This document shows, one piece after another, positions 46,509 to 50,351 of a stretch of DNA of 50,351 bases. The notes below the pieces were generated by a model that saw nothing but the letters and a program-made list of their open reading frames with translations, was not told the origin of the DNA and made no database searches. The stretch's first letter is position 1. Each line of letters begins with the position of its first letter. The stretch is from a virus (lineage: Duplodnaviria; Caudoviricetes). The stretch is from positions 1 through 50,351 of IMG/VR virus record IMGVR_UViG_3300020042_007694, one strand, 5' to 3'. Position numbers and translations under genes: made by a program.

Positions 46509-49202
46509 TTATCTGATCAGTGCCAAGGATTTTATTCTGGCCAAAACAGCATCGCCTTTGCGGGACTCATACATGCCGCCGCCACATTCGGCCAGGCCGT
46601 GTTCTGGACAGTACTCACCTTCTGCGGTCATGTTGCATGACCCTTCCGCAACTGGTGCATCAAATCCGCTCATGACTTCAAATGTGGAGATTGGATCAGC
46701 TTCGGCTACTGGTGGTGTTTGTTTGAGTTTCTGCGCCTTTTTGTACTCTGCATCCGGATCTTTAAATCCTTCGTCGCCTATTTTGTGACCAGCGTAGGCG
46801 CCAAAGGCTGCTCCGGCCAGTGTGCCAAACCCTGGTGCTACGCTGCCCAGTGCTCCGCCTGCTAGGCCGCCTGCTATTGCACCCTTCCATCCTTCGTCCA
46901 GGCCAATGTCGTCAGAAAAACGGTCAGAAATCCATTCGTACGGGTCGCCGTCACGAGCTTTCTTTGTGCCATATGGCATATCATCAAAGTAGTAATCATA
47001 CAATGCATCATACAATGGGTCACTCATGTTACCGGTTTGAGTAAAGTCTTTGACGTCACGACGGAATGTGTTCTTGATGTGTTCTAATGTGCTGCCGGTT
47101 GAATCTGTCAACACGCTCTCTTTGACTGGAATGCCAGCATACTTCAGCATGGTGTTGAGTTCTGCGGATTCTGCCATTGCAGTTTTAATTGGGTGTTTCC
47201 AATCTTGTTTTAACTGTGGCACAACTTCATCATATGCTTCTTTGCCGGCTGCCTTAAAATCTTTACCAAATTGCTTAACTTTTTGAATACCACTCTTGAC
47301 AGCATCAACCACGCCTTCATCTATCTTGCTCCAACCAAGTTTTCTGCCATCGGACAAAGTTACCTGTACAGGGCCATCAAGCATTTTGGCCTGAAGTAGT
47401 TTTACAACAGTAACAGGTCCACCCTTTGGAAACTTGGCGTCAACTAATGCTAGCCATTGAGATTGTGTGCGACCTTTGGCATCAACACCCGGGACTGCAC
47501 CTTCCCTAATAGGCGCATACTTGATATTAGAAATGGCTGCTAATTGTTCTGGATCCACATTACGTTGATTACTGTATTGCATTCTGTTAAGTCTGTCCCG
47601 GAACATATCAAATGTTTTTCTAGTGTCCTCGTCATCGTCTTTGCGGCGTTGGGTATCGTACTCATCACGAGCCATTCTTTGCTGAGCTTGATGTGCTCGT
47701 TCCTCGTCGCCGTATATTCCACCACCAATGTCACCTGAACCACCAGTACGTCCAATAAAGTCTTGATGCATTTTATCTAACTTCTCTTGATGGCGTTGAT
47801 TTGCTCGCTGACGAGCCGCAGTTCTTTCTTCAGGACTGTCGGTAAACCCCTGGGCATGCACACGCTGGCGATATTTGTTAAGAGGGTCATCGTCTTCTGC
47901 CACTGGCACTGCCGGCGCAGCAGGTGCTGCAGGCGCAGCAGGCGCTGTTGCTGGTTCAGTAGGATTGCCGGGCACAGAGGGTTCAGGCATTTGAATGCCC
48001 AGTTCGGCTAGACGATTCATAACTTCTGTATCGTTCCAGGCATTGGCTCTGGGATCTTTCTCAGCCAGTTCACTCAATCGATCAAACAAGATATCATCGC
48101 CTACCAAGTCATACAGTTGTTCTGTTGCATTGATAGCATCAGGCCCCACAATCAATTCTGATGCCATCATGGTTTTTAGTTTGTCCAGTTGCTCCGGAGT
48201 CTCAGGAAGATTCCAGGTTCCTTCGGCCAGGTTATCAATCCACGATTCAAATATTTTTGCTTCTTTCATATCAAGTCCTTGTTGTATTTTGGCCAGCAAC
48301 GGTAGTGCTTGCTCAATTCTTGTGTCGATTGTTTGTTCCACAAACAATGTTTTGATGTTTTCTACCAGCTCTTCTTGTTCGGTGATGTCCGCAGGATGCC
48401 AGGATTCGAAGTACTTGGAGTATCCACGACTGGTGCTCATTCTCTTGAGATTTTCACGTAACTGCTTGTAGTAGACCTGTGCCTGCGATACCACTTCTTG
48501 GGTAACGCCTTCCAGTACTCGGCCGGCGCTGGCACGATTGAATCTGGCCAGCGTGGCAATTTCATTTACCATTTCAGTCAAGTGGCAACCGCGAATGTCA
48601 TAGGGCTTGCCGCCCTGTCGCACATGTTCCAGCATGGCTCTGCCACCTGAAAGGTTTCTGAATCCCAGTCTGAAACATTCACCATCTGCTGTTTCCACAA
48701 ACAAACTTTCCACATGACGGAAACGTGCATCGTTTTCACCTAGTGGTTGGCTGTGCTTGATCTTGAGTCTGGCCTGTGTGGGTGCTCCAGCATAGCTGAT
48801 GTTGCGATTGCCATAGTAGCCTTCAAACAGGCCTTCTTGTATGGCAGCAAGTCCCTGCATGGTATGCTTGAGTTGGCTGATATCTGCTATGGTATGTGTC
48901 CAACGATTCATTGTGGCTTTTTTGCTGAGATGCTGTATAAAGTCAAAGAACTCGTTTTTGTCCGAGCCTTCCATGGTACGGCCCAGATTGTCGCCGTACA
49001 TGATTTTCATTTCGTTGTCTGAGTCCAGCACAATAACCATGGTACCATAGTTTTTGCCCGATGCACCTTCATAGTCAAAAGTAAATGTTTTGGCTTCTGG
49101 TGCGTCAGTTGGCTTGCCCGATCGATCCAGCATTTCTGGATGCAAATTGCGGGTTGCCAGCAGATCCAGCAGTTGTTGTGATAGTGTATTCTCTGTAGCC
49201 AT
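46509..49202 (-). CDS. large modular virion (probable internal head) protein
   Basis: 897 aa, next to the terminase, TAAATA upstream, many (I/L/V/M)xE sites, PAA repeats and a glycine-zipper segment. Confidence 0.6.
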   Translation of the reverse strand: MATENTLSQQLLDLLATRNLHPEMLDRSGKPTDAPEAKTFTFDYEGASGKNYGTMVIVLDSDNEMKIMYGDNLGRTMEGSDKNEFFDFIQHLSKKATMNRWTHTIADISQLKHTMQGLAAIQEGLFEGYYGNRNISYAGAPTQARLKIKHSQPLGENDARFRHVESLFVETADGECFRLGFRNLSGGRAMLEHVRQGGKPYDIRGCHLTEMVNEIATLARFNRASAGRVLEGVTQEVVSQAQVYYKQLRENLKRMSTSRGYSKYFESWHPADITEQEELVENIKTLFVEQTIDTRIEQALPLLAKIQQGLDMKEAKIFESWIDNLAEGTWNLPETPEQLDKLKTMMASELIVGPDAINATEQLYDLVGDDILFDRLSELAEKDPRANAWNDTEVMNRLAELGIQMPEPSVPGNPTEPATAPAAPAAPAAPAVPVAEDDDPLNKYRQRVHAQGFTDSPEERTAARQRANQRHQEKLDKMHQDFIGRTGGSGDIGGGIYGDEERAHQAQQRMARDEYDTQRRKDDDEDTRKTFDMFRDRLNRMQYSNQRNVDPEQLAAISNIKYAPIREGAVPGVDAKGRTQSQWLALVDAKFPKGGPVTVVKLLQAKMLDGPVQVTLSDGRKLGWSKIDEGVVDAVKSGIQKVKQFGKDFKAAGKEAYDEVVPQLKQDWKHPIKTAMAESAELNTMLKYAGIPVKESVLTDSTGSTLEHIKNTFRRDVKDFTQTGNMSDPLYDALYDYYFDDMPYGTKKARDGDPYEWISDRFSDDIGLDEGWKGAIAGGLAGGALGSVAPGFGTLAGAAFGAYAGHKIGDEGFKDPDAEYKKAQKLKQTPPVAEADPISTFEVMSGFDAPVAEGSCNMTAEGEYCPEHGLAECGGGMYESRKGDAVLARIKSLALIR

Positions 49203-49218
49203 AGTTGTGTATTTAGCG

Positions 49219-50351
49219 TTATCTCAAGATAGATATAAATGGCATGGGCTCTATTATGGAATCCCCGTGATCTTTCATGTGTGAGTCCAGATCTGCATGA
49301 TAGGTCTGCAACAGCATCAGCATGCGGGTAACCAAGAGACTGGCCATCACAAGATCGTCAGTTTCCCCGGGTTTGGCAGCATAACTTGAGCCATGTGCCA
49401 CAAAGGTTTTTAGCTCGCTCATTAGTGGTTTGCTGTAGATTTTCATACGTCCAGATTCCACCAGGATCTTGAACTTGCTGCAAGCCGACAACTTGCTTTT
49501 GTTTGTGGTGGTAAATCCCTTGCGGAATCTTCGGCCCGACGAACCAGTTACTGAGTTGTCACTAAGAAAGTATCCTGGAATGTTTTCTTCGCCAAATTCT
49601 GCAATACTAATCAGGGCAGCTTCTCCCAGTGTGTTGTTTTCAACTGAGTAGTAGATTTTCTTTTCATCACGGGTAACAGAGTGCAATTCTTTTATAATTT
49701 CTACTAGTATTTTTATCTGTGTGGGCACGTCAGTTTTGTTGTGACGCCATTCAGCCACCTGCTCAGTGGTCTCTGCTTCATACACCTGAATGGCTGCAGG
49801 GTCGCCGCCAGTGCCTAGACTAGGATCCAGGGCCACAATGTACATCTTGTCCTTTTCAGGTTTCTTGTACCAGCGCACTTGTCCGCTGCGGTGCACAGGT
49901 TCGACCCCGGCCATGTCCAGCAACTTTAGTGGTGATATCAGTGTTTCGTCGTGAATAACAAAGCTACAGTTCATCTCGCGTTCAAAACGTTCGTCGCCTA
50001 GCTGTGCTCGCTGTTCTTCTCCCCACTTTTCATCACGATCTGGATGTTCTTCCCAGTAGCTGCGAAATGCACGGAATCCATTGATGCCCAGGCCACTGGG
50101 TCTGGGATTGCCATACTCATCTTCAATTTTGTTGGCACCCTTCCAGAGAAATGCAAATTGATCTTCGTCTGAGTTGGGTGTGCTGGTGATAATTGCTTTA
50201 CCACCTGTGGCCAGTGTGGGGCTGATAGAAGTCCAGAACTCCTTGGCAATTGTGGGTCGCACAAACGCAAACTCATCTGCGTATAGTAGTGATATACTCA
50301 TACCACGACCGGTATTTTCAGTTGTGGTTGCACTCACAATACGACTACCGT
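49219..50351 (-). CDS. terminase large subunit (gp17-like), 5'-truncated by the window edge
   Basis: Walker B LYADEFAF, STP coupling motif, nuclease DPSLG..GD, ENN, DDLVMA; the frame stays open to the window end. Confidence 0.93.
   Translation of the reverse strand, partial: GSRIVSATTTENTGRGMSISLLYADEFAFVRPTIAKEFWTSISPTLATGGKAIITSTPNSDEDQFAFLWKGANKIEDEYGNPRPSGLGINGFRAFRSYWEEHPDRDEKWGEEQRAQLGDERFEREMNCSFVIHDETLISPLKLLDMAGVEPVHRSGQVRWYKKPEKDKMYIVALDPSLGTGGDPAAIQVYEAETTEQVAEWRHNKTDVPTQIKILVEIIKELHSVTRDEKKIYYSVENNTLGEAALISIAEFGEENIPGYFLSDNSVTGSSGRRFRKGFTTTNKSKLSACSKFKILVESGRMKIYSKPLMSELKTFVAHGSSYAAKPGETDDLVMASLLVTRMLMLLQTYHADLDSHMKDHGDSIIEPMPFISILR

Noticed and set aside
1-50351. Bacterial chromosome or prophage origin, suggested by metK, iscUA, porin and capsule-like genes
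   Set aside because: These genes are interleaved with, and overlap, T4-like core genes and share phage promoter motifs; no integrase, att site or host operon context was seen.
1-50351. Stop-codon recoding as in some jumbo phages
   Set aside because: Core genes are full length in the standard code, and TAA, TGA and TAG all end genes at sensible positions.

Overview
A 50 kb segment of a large T4-like (myovirus, probably jumbo) phage genome, densely coding and mostly on the minus strand. No rRNA, tRNA, CRISPR array or integrase was seen. Core phage genes include a partial large terminase (gp17), gp32 SSB, UvsX, UvsY, UvsW, a gp62-like clamp-loader subunit, primase, DnaB/gp41 helicase, a PD-(D/E)XK exonuclease, NrdA/NrdB/glutaredoxin, a PAAR spike and several virion proteins. 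Host-like auxiliary genes include a Gram-negative porin, iscU-iscA, metK and a class II aldolase; the porin and Isc pair suggest a proteobacterial, probably betaproteobacterial, host (inference). A ~10 kb glycan-modification island (31.4-41.5 kb) holds four KpsS/KpsC-like paralogs, three other glycosyltransferases, four SAM methyltransferases, a cytidylyltransferase-cupin fusion and metK, with a radical SAM gene nearby. Two promoter classes can be read directly: five near-identical sigma70 early cassettes (TTGACC-N11-TTCTGY-TATAAT) and many TAAATA late motifs. The strongest leads are a 186-aa minimal DnaE-like polymerase, a two-domain nucleotidyltransferase with possible head-protease sites, the glycan/SAM/Fe-S module, the dual-promoter porin, the early promoter-gene cassettes and a structured gp32 leader. 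All product calls come from motif recognition by eye, not database searches.
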